Shown: positions 14,093-33,000 of the stretch, one piece after another | Layout: each line of letters opens with the position of its first letter | Numbering within the stretch: the first letter of the stretch is position 1 | Source: Zygnema circumcarinatum SAG 698-1b | Taxonomy: Eukaryota; Plantae; Zygnematophyceae | Direction of reading: 5' to 3' | Length of the DNA stretch: 64,000 nt | Assembly (NCBI GenBank): GCA_037447605.1 | Contig: CM074804.1 | Span: forward strand, 2,170,001-2,234,000 | The notes under the pieces: generated by a model | Databases searched by the model: none | What the model was told of the DNA's origin: nothing | The model's input: the letters and a program-made list of their open reading frames with translations, nothing else | Position numbers and translations under genes: made by a program

Positions 14093-14297
14093 TACTTCGC
14101 GAGGCGGGCCGTGGCGAAGTACAAAGGCGCGGCGCAAATTTGCGGAGGCTCTTTCCTTTCGCCGCCTGCTCGCGAGGTGAGCCGCCGCCTCCACTCTCTG
14201 CCGCCGCCGCAGCGTGGGCTGAGGGAGGCCGCGCGACTGAAGGGGCTGGGTTGGGCTGCTGCTGCGGGCGGGCTGGGAGGGCAGACAGGAGGCCGCC

Positions 14298-15756
<1,459 letters not shown>

Positions 15757-17550
15757 GCGGGTGCCCGATGGCGTGCGAAGGCTTTTCTGTTGGAGGACAC
15801 AGTGGCAGGCTCTGGTTTCTTCATGTGGCTACGAGCTTACGTTGTATTCAATTCCAAGTGACAATGAATGAATGAATGGGATGTGGCGAGGGAGTGGTCA
15901 TTGTCCATGGCGTTTGACTGCAAGTCGCTCGGGCCTGGTTTGCAATAAGCTGATGTTGGATGCCAGCATTAGCCTGATTGCCTTTCTGCATTTGGATATG
16001 AGTACTGAACACAATCGTTATTGCTACTGTTTGAATTTTGCACTGTTGAGTGTGCCTTCCATGATTGTTTGCAATGATGCTTGAAAAGCTGTACGGGCCT
16101 GGTTACGCCTCTCCAAGGGAATCGGATCTCGAGTTTACAGGATGTCCTTATAGTCCGACGTCTCTGTTCCAACACAATTGACGGAATGCACTGGGGGCTC
16201 AACACTGCGAAACACGTCGGACTTAGAGGAGCTGCCTCTCATGCTTTGAAGTTCATCATTTCAGTACACACCCGGTTTGTAACCTCGAGGAGTTTACTTT
16301 GTTTCCTTTTTAATTATGAGTAGAAATGGCGATGGTAAGCCAACAAGGCAACGGTACGCTCAGTATAGCTGTGGATGGTAACCGCACGGTACTACACTTA
16401 GGTTTCAGTTATGGGCATCAGCCGGTTCACTCAACTCGCGGAGTGGATTAGGGCCGACAGCGTAACCACGCTAGAATTGCTGCTTTGCGAAGCAAAACGG
16501 CAAATACGAGACGTTCCGCGAGTGGGCAGTGACGCCGTGGAACATTCTTTAATGCTGCCCGTATCCTGACATGTGCTGGTCACCCTTCTACGCTGCTCCT
16601 TCATGCTGGTTGATTTAATGTTCGTTGGATGATATCGCCGTCATAAGATTGACGCCAATCCGTTCCCTGACCATGCCCAAATCGCGTTGGGAAAAGTTCC
16701 ACGCTCGACAATAGCTGTAGCCCCTCCTGTTCGTCCATCTCTTCCTCTACAGTGCCTCACATGACTGTTTACGCTCACTTGAGCCTTACAAGCCTGATCA
16801 GGTTAGTAATTTCTACAACTTTGTTGATGTAATCCAAATGGAGGCAAATACGTTCAGGGATTATCTATATGGCACTCAGCTAGATTTTCTTCGATCTTAA
16901 GTGCAATTCCATCATTGTTCTCCCACATATTTGTTTGGTTCGATGTATGCAATGTGAAAAATTCGAACTCCAGGAGGACTCGTCTGTCAATGTGATGCTC
17001 TGCTGTCCAAGAAAACTTAAAGGAATGGAAGCAAACTCTACGATTGAGAAACACATGTAAGAAATTGGTGTGTAACACGCCTAACATGAGAGGTTCCCCA
17101 GTGCCATCTACATAGGCGATAAGACCGCAGACGAGTTCTCCGAGTGCAGGGCACACAGCTACAGTTTTAGCTACCCTCCCTCGCCTCCGGTCAATTTAAA
17201 CTGCTTTCCGAGTTCCACGCCTTCATGGGACTAAACATATGGTTCACAAGGCCAACTACAAACGATGGCAGAAGGAAAAGCAAAAGCCCAAAACGCATTT
17301 GCAAAGCACGAACTAAATGCGTGCTCCAAATGCAATGCCTCCTAGGCTAATGGCTCCCTTTCCTACGAGCTTCAATATGTGAAAAAAAAAATTGTAGGGT
17401 TTATCTCCTTCAAGCTCAGTGAATCGAGAAAAAAATTGAGTTGAATACTGGAATTAGCCCAAATGCACCTGAGAATGCGGCATATCTTCCCAAAAAAAGC
17501 TTAGCCTGTCAAAAACGATTGCGTCCCGTGAAGGTCGCCTTCCGCCTTCC

Positions 17551-20500
17551 TTACGAGCCTTTGTGGAAATAACTAGAAAGGAGGGGGTGGAGTTGCTTAC
17601 GCGACACCGCGACAGCTCCTTGCATAAACGTTCGCAGAGAAGACGCCACGCCTGCAACAAGCACGCAACAGTGTCCCTTGTCTCATTGCCATTGTGAAAA
17701 AAAAAAAATAGATGTAGGGCACGCCCTATGGATCTGACGGGACAGGTGGCGCAGCCAAACGATCCGAGATTCCCACCTCTTATCACAATGGGCCGCAGCT
17801 TCAAGCCCTGCTTCTCATTCTGAAGCCAGTAGGAGAGCCCTGAGACCAGCGAAGGGTATTCTGACAGGAGAGCCAACTCCCTCTGCTCCCAAGTACCGAT
17901 AACAGAAAGGATTGTCAGCCATCTCCTGCCCCTCGGGAAAAGTGACAGGCAGGGTCGACGGCAAGAGGCTAACCTTGGACTTCTTGGAGCCGGGCGTGAG
18001 GTACATGGCCATGACTACCAGCACATGTAGCCCGTGTGAAACTGTCATGAAGCCACGACAACATGTAAGACTTGCTTCGCCCTCTCACTTCAGACACGCG
18101 AATCTTTGACTGCAAACGAAAGGAGAGAGAAGGAAAAGGACGGAGACGACAGAACGGACGAGCAACGAAGACGAGACGAACAATCTTTGGTGGCAATGAT
18201 GAGGAAGAAATCGGAATCGACGAAAGAAAGTCAAGCAAGGAGGCGGAGGATTCCGACAGAGTGGAAAGGGCGAGTAACACTTAAGATACAGAGAAACTGA
18301 GAGAGAAAGGGCGAAGCAAAACCAAAATTTAGCGAGCAGACAAAGCCATGCTTATAAACACCCACCTGCAAATGCCTTTGCTGTTTCACTGAAGTGAGGG
18401 TCCTTTCCTACCATCTCTGCCAGCGAGAGGCCCACGACAGAAATGCCCACATGGACAACCTCTCCTTTCTGTCCGACAGTGCCTGTTGCACCAGCGGCCA
18501 AGTCCTCATTACAACCATGTCAGAATAGTCGAGTACAGAGGTGGTAGTCTACATGCCCAAAAAAGCCAATGCCTAAAGACGGCAGCTTGTAGCCCTGATA
18601 CCTGGACGACGGGTTTAACCCACCTGGACCAAGCTCTGATTGCTTGTAGTCAAGCCGCAGCAGCTCGCTTGTGCTCAACTCCAGTTGATCAAATTTCTTG
18701 TCTCGAACTGTCCCGCCGCCCCTCTCCACACCCATGTTTTAGCTGCTAACGACCACTACTCGTCATGCGCCCCCCCACCTCGCCTTCATTTCCCTGCACT
18801 ACATCAGCAATGGTGCCGGGCAACGCCACTCACGCTGCTCGGCAAAGCGCCTCCTCCCCAGTGTGCCTGCCCCGCAGACGAGCAGCCCTGCCATGATCTC
18901 GTCTCTGATGTCCACATGGGCCGTTGTCGGGTCAAAGTTGTCTGTACCTGACACGATGGCTGCCAGCTGCACAAGGGGCATATGAACCCCTTCTGAATCT
19001 TTACATGGATAGCTGACTGTGGCTGCAGGATTAGGGCGAGGGTTGCATGTGGGTGGGGTGAGGTTGTATGGCGAGCGGGTCTGCAGGGCCTTGGTAAATG
19101 GGTGCACAACGTGGGTTTTCTGAGGGCAAAAAGCCGTAAAAGGCAGGCATGCCAGGCATGCAGCCATGTGCATGAACGTTCAAGAGTACCGAGACAACTA
19201 ATTTATTTTCGGAAAACAATATGCAGTCGTCGTTTTGTTTCGCGCGGAATTGCATGCTTATGCACTTCGAAGAGCGAGGTTGGTGAGTCAGTGCGAGCGT
19301 GCATGGGAAAAGCGACAGATGGGCGGGAGTCACCAAGAAAGTGCAATTTGCTCGACTGTCACCATCACAGCTGGTGGATGATTTAGCTGTGAAACTTTCT
19401 AATCAATTTTGGGCAAACGCCAACCTAGTGAGCAGTATACATCAAAAATTTCTCAGAGAAATTTTATCAACAGTTCCTTCATGAACATTGAAATTGTGCA
19501 TTACAGAACCTCAAAATTTTCACTTAATGCAGCAACCTTTACAGGCACAAGGGTCTGCTCAGAATTCCAGGCGAGCCCCACAGCTTTTTGCGCTTGTGAA
19601 CAGGGTTTATTGAAAAACACCAAGACTTGAGTTGAGGTAGGAAGCATACCAAGAGGCGGCACAAAGCACGATTGCCAAGGAGCTCCGATGACGTATCCGA
19701 AATTTTCTCAGCCACCAAAGTAGTACAGCTGCCAACCTGCCTCGCCACAACGTCAGTGGTGTTCACATATACCAAAGATCTGCCCGCAAGTGGGTCCGCA
19801 GCCTTACCTCCTGCATGGTAGTATTGGTCACCCAGGGGTACCGCACCTCCGCCTGCACTCATTATGGCCCTTATAAACACCTTTCCATGACGAAAGCAAA
19901 GCGGCTCGCTTAATTGTAAAGGGAAGCCAAATTACAAGCAGACAGGCAGCTCACTGGGCGATTGTCGATGATCTCCACAATCACATTCTGCAATGCCTGC
20001 AAAGCGAATCAAGAGAACTCGATCAGAATGGGAACGGACGAATGAGTTCATCAACAACAGTGAGTCAACAAAGGAACAGAAAAACGATGCAGTAAAGAGC
20101 CAGGCTGTTTGGAATGAGCAATTGCATAGGCAAGGGCAGCATGTCCACAAGGCCAAATAGCAAAGGTACGATACCAAGGGGAGTGACCCCGAGGCTTGGG
20201 ATACCAAAAATGAAAGCATACCAAAGGAATAAAGAAGGAAAAATGTGCAGGCAAATTCAGCTATAAAAAGCGACAAGAAGGAAGCACAGTCGGTTTATAA
20301 TAGTGTTCCCAAAAAAGAAGGGCCAAGGTTATTAAGCGCTTTGCGGCCGCTGGTAGAATGCCAGGGCAGGAAGTCATGAGCTTGAGCATGACTACTGCAT
20401 TTGAAATGTCTCTCCTGGAGGAGTGTACAAAGAGTTTTACAAAGTACCAGAGAAGAAAATGAAACTGCGAATACTTGGATTGAAAATGCAAACTGAAAGG

Positions 20501-21292
20501 AAGCTATTTAATAGAGTCAGAGAAACTGCAAGATGTCTGGTAACTATCAGTGAGCACCTCCCCCGAGGGGAAAGAAAATCTGCAACTACCTGACAACAGA
20601 GTGCAGTAACGACCATGAACAGCTGCACACACATTTGATGGAAAGCCTGGTCGCAAAGAGAGTGTCACATATTAAAAATGCAAAGAGTCTTACCTGGTAA
20701 GCAGGCGTAAGCAAGGACTGGGCCACCAACACCAGCTGCAGGCGGTTTCGGGCATATAGGTCCAACAAATTTATCTGCCTCCACCCCTTGCCGCGTGAGC
20801 CACTGGGCACGCCTTCCCTCCCCCTCCCCCAATCACTCCTACTCTTCCCGTGCTGACCAAAAGAGAAGGCTGACCTCATCTGCAAAGACGACGGCGTGGA
20901 TATCTACGCCAGTGGTCTGCAGCAGCCACGCGGCGTCTGTTCGCAGGTGGAAGTCGCTCCGCGGAATGGCAATAAAAGGCACGTGGCACAGCTCCGCCTC
21001 TGGCGGGCGAACTGTCTCCAGCAGGTAGGCATATGCTATTGCAGAAGCCATGGAGTCGAGATCTGTCCTGCCGCATTCCTCCCCCGCACTCCAAAGCAGC
21101 AACATCAGACCCCTCCAATGCGCTCTAAGAGCAGAGGAGGCCTCAAGAGAGCGAGTGCGCACCGGCAGCCTCGTTCCCCATCACTACGCAGAAGGTGCAA
21201 CTGCTACTTGCTTCCGCCAACTTCTGCCGACAGTTGCGAAGGAATGCGTTGATCTCCGCCACCCCTTCCCACTGCTCGCCTGCCTCAAGCAT
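17551..21292 (-). CDS. PRUNE/PPX1-like DHH + DHHA2 family protein with degenerate catalytic motifs
   Basis: Spliced exons: CVVMGNEAA|DLDSMASAIAYAY...IPRSDFHLRTDAAWLL; LQLVLVAQSLL; IVEIIDNRP; QVGSCTTLVAE; LAAIVSGTDNFDP; KFDQLELSTSELLRLDYKQ; GLHVLVVMAMY; RELALL; terminal AVSRKQLHPLLSSYFHKGS* (TAA 17553-17551). Motif order parallels human PRUNE1 and yeast Ppx1. The start codon is uncertain. Confidence 0.82.
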
Positions 21293-21585
21293 CCTTCCGC
21301 CGTAGAAAAGAGCAGCGGATTCTGTATGTTTCTTCGATTTTTTCACGCTTTCGTCCACCTGCGCAGGAAAGTTGGTCCTGAGCGTCAGCGGCCTCCGCTG
21401 GCCTTCCTGTGCCCTGCAGTGTGTGGAAGAAGCAATGAGAGCGCAGCACCTGCGCGAAGGAGTGAGCGAAGAAGGCCTGCGCGCCTCCTCCTCCCCGCAA
21501 GGGATCGTATAAAGCGGAGGCGGGGGCGGAGGAGTCGTCCGGCGTTGCACCCCGCGAGGCCAGCCACGTGAACATGGCGGGCCGA

Positions 21586-21588
<3 letters not shown>

Positions 21589-21621
<33 letters not shown>

Positions 21622-21945
21622 AGGAGGGAGGGAGGGAGGGAGGGAGGAAGGGAGGGAGGNNNNNNNNNNGAGGGAGGGAGGGAGGGAGGGAGGGAGGGAG
21701 GGAGCAGATGGCGACGCAGCACCACCCTGCCACTGCCAGGAAGGCGCCGGGAGAGGGAGAGGGAGAGGGAGAGGGAGGGGGAGGGGGAGGTGCCCGTCCC
21801 CTCCCGGCCCGGCCCGGCCCGGCCACGCGCGCGTACCGTACAGCCATCCATGCGGCCATGCACGCATGCCTGCATTCTTGCGAGCGCCACGCGACCGACC
21901 GACCGACTGAAAGACTGACTGACTTTCTGACTGACTGACTGACTG
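21589..21945. repeat. Microsatellite cluster (GGCA)n, (GGGA)n, (GGGAGA)n, (GACC/GACT)n in the divergent promoter, with a 10-N gap at 21660-21669
   Basis: Directly visible; the assembly gap lies inside the (GGGA)n tract. Confidence 0.92.
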
Positions 21946-22135
21946 ACCGCCGCCCCCGCCAGCCTTCAAGCGCGGCGAGTCGAGTCGACCGACCAATTCT
22001 GCAAGTGATTTATTAGTCGCGTTAAGTGTGTGTTTCAGCCACGGCAGGAGGGAGAGCGGGAGTGGGAGGGAGGAGTGGAGAGGGAGGGGGAAGAAAAAAG
22101 GAAGTGAAGGGAAGGGGGAGTGGGAGGGGGGCCCA

Positions 22136-24634
22136 ATGGCGTGCTGTGGCTGCCGTGCTCTGAAAGGGGCGGCGGCCCGTCTTCGTAATGTGGACGCCAT
22201 CTCCCCCGCCGCCCCTCCCCCTCCCTTTCCGTCTCCCATTCTCTCTCCCTCTCCCCGCCGACCTCCGACATCCCTGAAGCTGTCGGGCGGGCCTCTGCTT
22301 CGCCGCCAAGCTCTCCCGCAGCTATGGGTTCGTGTTCCTCCTTCCTCCCGCGAGCTGCCTTGGGTAACCGCGGTGCTTCCCACTCAGAGCGAAGCGCCTG
22401 AGGAGCTTCCGGACGAGGCAGGCAGGGGCTTGGTCGGTGAGGATGCGGCAAATTTTGATTGGAGAGAGGAGAAGACGTCATCCTGGGTGGCGTTCACTGC
22501 AGTGCTGCTTGTAGTGCTGGCTGCGCTGTACGTTGTCTGGCTCGACCCGAGCTCAGGATATGGTAGCCCCTACGTGGATGCGCTGGCCACTCTGTCGGGC
22601 GGCAATTTGGAGGTGAGCTTGGCTTCCTCGTGCAGCTCGTCTGGTTGGGATTCTCATCTTGATGGTCTGCATTAGGGAGGGGAAGTGGAGTGCAATCTTC
22701 AGCTTCTATTTCTGCTAAGTGCGGCAGCTGCGTATACTCCTAGGCTAATTGGAGCCCGCCTTGACAGTTTTTAATCGTATTCCGCCTTTTTGATGGACTT
22801 TAAGAGTTTTTCAACCTCCAACAACCGATTTTGTCCCTTTGCATTTCAATAAGCAGAAAAGCTTTGAATCGCTCCCGCTGTTTCGCGTCCATCCCTGTGT
22901 AGAAGTTTAGCCTTCAGTGTCCGTCCGTGAGGGGTTTATTTGAAAGAGACTTTCCGCTTTTTCGCTGAGCAATTGTCGTCAAAGCCCATCCCTTTGCCCA
23001 CTGTCAAGTGGTTCTTTACATGTCATACCATCACTAGCTTTGCCAGCATACGAGCCAATTCTGTCAGTCGTCCGCACTTGGATCTTAGAGGAACATGCTG
23101 GAATCTGTCGCCTCTCCTTTTGGATGGCAGAACCCTGTTCGCGAACGTGGCTCGCTCATATTGCAGTGACGTTTGGAATCGTTTTGTAGCTCCTTTGTCG
23201 CTGCGCGGTTTATTGGAATCTCAGGTTCAGATACCGGTTTCCCAGTCAAAACAGACGGCCTTCACTCCCTTATGATATCCTGTGCTATATTCAATTGAGA
23301 TGCATTCCCCGTTTGCATCGTTGTTACCAGAGGCGACTTCGAAAATACAAAGCCGGAGATGGAGATCGTATGCCTCGGGAGTGGCCTCCAAATTCACACT
23401 GGACCTCCGTCTGTGGTCAAACTGGGGTCACGCTTGGGGTTTTCCGTTGGCCACGCTTTCCTTATCTACACCGTCATGGCAGCGTTGTGTGTGCAGGTGG
23501 AGATGGTGCTTCTGCTTACCATCTTTGCCATTGTGCACAGTGGCGGTGCAGCTCTGCGCTCTTCTGCAGAGAAAGTGATTGGTGAGCGTGCATATCGTGT
23601 GCTGTTTGCCGGCTTATCGTTACCTTTGGCGGTTTCCGCTGTGGTGAGCCTTCTCCTCGTGCTCAGCGACATAGCAGACCGTTCAATTTCCATGTTTATT
23701 GGGCTGTGTTTTTTGTTTCCTCAGTTGAATTATGTGATCGTCAATGAAAATGATCGTCCATTTGGGGTGCAGGTGTTCTTCATCAACCATCGGTACGGTG
23801 GCACGCAGCTGTGGCAGCTCCGCACTGTGCCGGGTGTGCACGAGCTTGTGTGGCTGTTGTCCTTCATCTCCTTCTTCTTCCTCTACCCTTCCACATTTAA
23901 CCTGCTTGAAGTAGCTGCTGTCGACAAGCCCAAGGTGCATATGTGGGAGACGGGCATCATGCGCATAACCCGCCACCCACAGGTAAAGGAGGGGGCCTTC
24001 AAAGATCCATGCCTCTAAGAGAGGAGTCAGAACGTTTGCGGCTTGTTGACAGTTTGGCATTTGTAGGGAAAAATGTGCGCGACTTTCCCTCCTACCGTTG
24101 TAGCAATGCTTGGCGTTAGTTTAGCATGGAAGTCTTGTTTGCGCATCGCTAATGGGTCAGAGGAGGTGATGAACCTATCGTTGGTCTGTTGTTTCGTTTA
24201 CCGTGATTGAAATGCCGATCAGTAAATAGGTGAGGCTATGTTTGTCACACTGATGGCAGCCGACTGGGCACTCCTGGTGACCTGCCTGTTCGATGCAGAT
24301 GGCGGGACAGGTCATCTGGTGTGTGGCGCACATGCTGTGGATCGGGAACTCCTTCACTCTCACCACCTCCTTGGCGCTGTGCGCCCACCACGCCTTTGGC
24401 GTATGGCATGGCGATCAGCGCCTCGCCCGTCGCTACGGGGCGGCCTTCGAGGAGGTGAAGGAGCGCACCAGCATCGTCCCTTTCGCTGCCATCGTGGACG
24501 GCCGGCAGCAGCTTCCTCAAGGATACTACCGAGAGTTTTTGAGGGTGCCGTACTTTGTCATCGTGGGAGTGACTGTGGGGGCATACCTCAGCCATCCACT
24601 GATGCAGCAGGCGAGCCGCTGGCTTCACTGGTAG
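22136..24634 (+). CDS. Z-ISO: 15-cis-zeta-carotene isomerase (NnrU family), plastid-targeted (4 exons)
   Basis: Transit peptide then LVGEDAANFDW..., FAIVHSGGAALR..IGERAYRVLFAGLSLPLAV, FINHRY, YPSTFNLLEVAAVDKPK..WETGIMRITRHPQ|MAGQVIWCVAH, HHAFGVWHGDQRL..RTSIVPFAAI.DGRQ.LP, PLMQQASRWLHW*. Confidence 0.96.
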
Positions 24635-25244
24635 ACCATTCTCACAGGCACGGCCGCGCCTTCAGCTACTTGGGGTGAAATTTTCCTGGCAGACAGCTGA
24701 TTTTCTAGGGTGCTGGTTTCTCAATTCCAGTGCTTCTTTCCGCTCCATTGTGTCTCCAATTATTCAGTTACCATCACACCGCATACAGTACATGGAAATA
24801 AGCAGTAAGTCAATACTCTACTTTATTGGTGTCAAGTATTCCTGTTGTGTGTTGCAGTATAAGGTCTGTGATGTGCGGGTGGTCCCCTTATGTCGCCTGT
24901 GTCCATCTATTGGCACTTGTACCTTCACTCTTAAGCCCCGCTGGAAGAAGTGCTGGTTGGACCCAATGGTCCTCTCATCTCGAAAAACACGTGATGCCGT
25001 CCAGAATTCCTGCTAATCCAGCTTTGTTTACGAACACGAACAAGTGGCGACTCACATAGGACTGTGACTGAAGCGACAATGTGCACACTTGGTTTCAGAA
25101 TGCACACCGTTCTCCATCGGCTTTCCAGATACAATATTTCAAAGAGTCCATCCATTAGCTTTCCCGTGCGTTGCTTCCAAAAGGGCGGACAGTGCACTGG
25201 CTCTGCCAGCAAGCGCCTCGAATCGCACCTTGTGCGTGGAGGCG

Positions 25245-29944
<4,700 letters not shown>

Positions 29945-30071
29945 GCTTTCCTCCTGCACACCGTCCTTCCAGAGCATTACAGTAACTCCAGACGACCGCC
30001 CCCTCCCTCGGTCCCCTTCGTTGCGGACGGCGCGCGGGCGCTCGCGTAGCTCTCCGAAGTGCGTCGCGGCC

Positions 30072-33000
30072 ATGGCGGTGGAAGCAGAGACTGCAGCGGC
30101 GCCTTCCGAGGTCCAAGCGGCCGCTGGAGTGGAGGGGGGCAGCAGCAGCGACAGGCTCTTTTCTGGGAAGGAGGATGCGGCTGCAGAGGTAAAGGCAGAG
30201 GGTCGGCTGGATACCGAGGATCGACCGGAAGCAGCAGGGGGAGCTCTGGCAACTGAGGGTCCCTACTTCAAAACCAGCCTCTGCGTTTACTGGCGGAAAG
30301 GCTCCTGCCGGAGGCCGGACTCCTGTAGGTATGCGCATGGAGAGGACGAGCTTCGCCAGAAGCCTGATGGCACCTGGGATCCTTCCTCAGAGCAGGGGAA
30401 AGCTAAAGCTGCCAAACCTAAAGCTGCGGTGGGTGCCAGCATCTCTGGTGGCAAAGAGGAGGTGAAGCTGTGCGTGCTTAATTGTCCGCTCAACTGGCAG
30501 TCAGCTGACATCAACAACCTTCTGCACTCGCTGGTGGCGCATCTCAACCTCTCACATGATCGTGGCGGCTGCTCCATGTTGGCATTCCTTTACTGATCTG
30601 CTTTGCTTCGAGGATCGACCAAGCATCTGCTTTGTCATCCCGACTGAGCAATGGAGCAGGAGAAGTTCCGAGGGCAAAGGGGACTTCTTGGGTTTGCTCG
30701 CAGGGCCTGAGCTGCGGAGCTGTAAAGAAACGGCGAGGATTGTCGAATGCTTTCCTGACTTTTGACTCCAAAGCATCTGCGGAACCAGTCGAGCAGGTCA
30801 GACCGGAGTTTTTCATCCTCAATCCTTTCAAGTATTGTTTCGGTATAGCATTGCTGTTTCGATACAATCGCGCACCTATTGTCAGCTGAATTGCAGGTCA
30901 CAGACGGGTCCTGCAGGCTCTAGAAGGCTATCACGTTCAGGGTGAAAAGAGTCGGCAGCTCCATGTGGCACCAGCACTCCCGAGACAGTGGGAGCGGTCA
31001 GGGTTGGAGAAGTCCGAGGAGGAGCCTGTCAGCAGTGACGATAGCGACAAGGGCGATGAAGCGGAACCAGTACAACCTGCTGGTCGCGAAATCTGGGAGG
31101 CAGTGACACCTCTGGCGAACTTGCCATACTCGCAGCAGCTTGAACAAAAGAAAGGAGAAACTGTTCGACTCCTCAGGACCATGGTTTGTGCTCCATGCAT
31201 TCACCATTCTTGGTATTTGGAGGCAGTATAAGTGTTAGGATAATGGGTTTTTGGAAGTGATTTTTCGTCTTATTATTGCGTTGTGATTGAACGGGGTTGC
31301 AAGATAAATGGCACAACTTCCTGCGTTGCCAGACTTTGTCCTGCATTCCTTCAGAACTGCAGGATCATGTGGTGGCAGGCTATACGTCCTTTGAGCTGCG
31401 CTAGCGGATTGACGGATGTGGTCGTCATAGAGGGAGGCTTGCATGTTTACCATTGTGCATTTGGGCCGGCTTTCTAACAGGTGCGTAAAACTCGAAAATG
31501 CTGCCCGCGAGGCCAGCCTCTGCCAGAATGGGTGGCTTCAGCTCGTGAACATGGTAAGTCTTCGGAAGCTCCTTGGCCAGGGAGGCAGAAGATAACGTAC
31601 ATGGTTTGTGTAGTTTTTTTATTCGCGTCTCTATTTTTGTGAAGGCAGACAAAAAGCTGAGAGATAATTGTTTGAAGAGCAATAGCCACGGAGTCGTTGA
31701 GCTCAGCACTGTGGGTTGTCCTGCAGGTAACCTTCCATGTGAGTTTCTGGGGGTAGTGCCATCCCCACAGGAGAATGGGTACCGTAACAAGTGTGAGTTC
31801 AGTATTGGGCTGTCAGCGCAGGGTGAACGCACTGTTGGTTTCCAGCTTGGCATGTATAGGTGAGTTTCCATGACTTCTTTTCAATCCTTTTAGTTGGCAT
31901 GAAATTTAGTTTCCTTTGCAATAGTTCCGCACAATGCAGCATGCATTTCAAGTCTGGGTTGACTGGTTGACTTGCAGGGAAGGAGTCACAGCTATAGCCG
32001 AACCACGGGATTGCAAGAATGTGTCGTTTGTGGCTGCTGAGTATGCCGCAATGCTGCAACGGGTGGTTTGCAACTCTCCGCTGCCAGTTTGGGACAAAAA
32101 AACCAACTCTGGCTTCTGGCGTATGCTCACTGTATGAATTTTAGTCCCTTCACCTACATGTCGTTGCGTCCCTCATATTGGCTTCGGACTGAGCACTGCG
32201 TACCCAGTCGTGTATGAACGGGATGAGAGGAAGTGTGATGCAGGTGCGAGAAGGGAGGCCAGAACGAATTAGCGAAGGTGATGGCGGTCCAGCAATTCCA
32301 GCAGAAGTGATGCTGATTGTCCAGGTATGCACGGACCTATTTCCACTCCCAAAGGAACTGAGGCTGATGGATCATTCTTTTTCCCTCTGTTGCAGTGAGC
32401 CCCTTTGAGAGGTTGACTGGGGAAATGATTCTTGTGGTCGCAGGTCAATCCGGAAGGTGTGCTGCCTGCTGACGTGACAGCAGAAATAGAGCGCATGGCG
32501 GCTGCTCTCACCAGCGAATCGCAAGCCGCACGTCCTTCACTGCCCCTTACAGTGATGTTGCTGCAGGTATGCAAGTTTCTCTCTCACGGGGCAAACTCTT
32601 TATCGCCAATCTTCTGGCGGAGTTGGCTCATGTTTCAAGTTCAATGATGCATGTTCAGAATCTAACGGCCCCAGTTTGACATGTCGCTCAGGTTTCAAAA
32701 CGAGCATACCTGTTGGAACCCGAAAAAGAAAATTGGTTATTAATGTAATGTCGAAAAATATATTTCTCTCTTCTCAGTACGATGAATTCGTCATAATTTG
32801 AGGAGGGAAAAAGGGTGCAGGAGCACACCGGTGTCTCCAACGCGGCCCCTGCTGACTGTCCCCTCCGCCTCATACCACTACCCACAGGGGTTGCAAGTCA
32901 GGACCCAGTTGCCAAAGATGAGACCATGTGCATCCATGAACACTTAGGAGGCCTCAAATTCCAGATCTCTCCAACAGCGTTTTTCCAGGTACGGTCATGG

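Noticed and set aside
20500-20650. Peptide VVADFLSPRGRCSLIV in a PRUNE intron, suggesting a duplicated DHH segment
   Set aside because: The neighbouring exons already join in frame without it and the similarity is too short to support.
21143-22383. Long ORFs (238, 201 and 332 aa) across the PRUNE/Z-ISO promoter
   Set aside because: They translate microsatellites (LPPS, ACLP, SQSV runs), cross an N gap of unknown true length, and have no domain signal.
24166-24252. GTGATGA...CTGA pair in the last Z-ISO intron
   Set aside because: No terminal stem and no recognisable guide complementarity.
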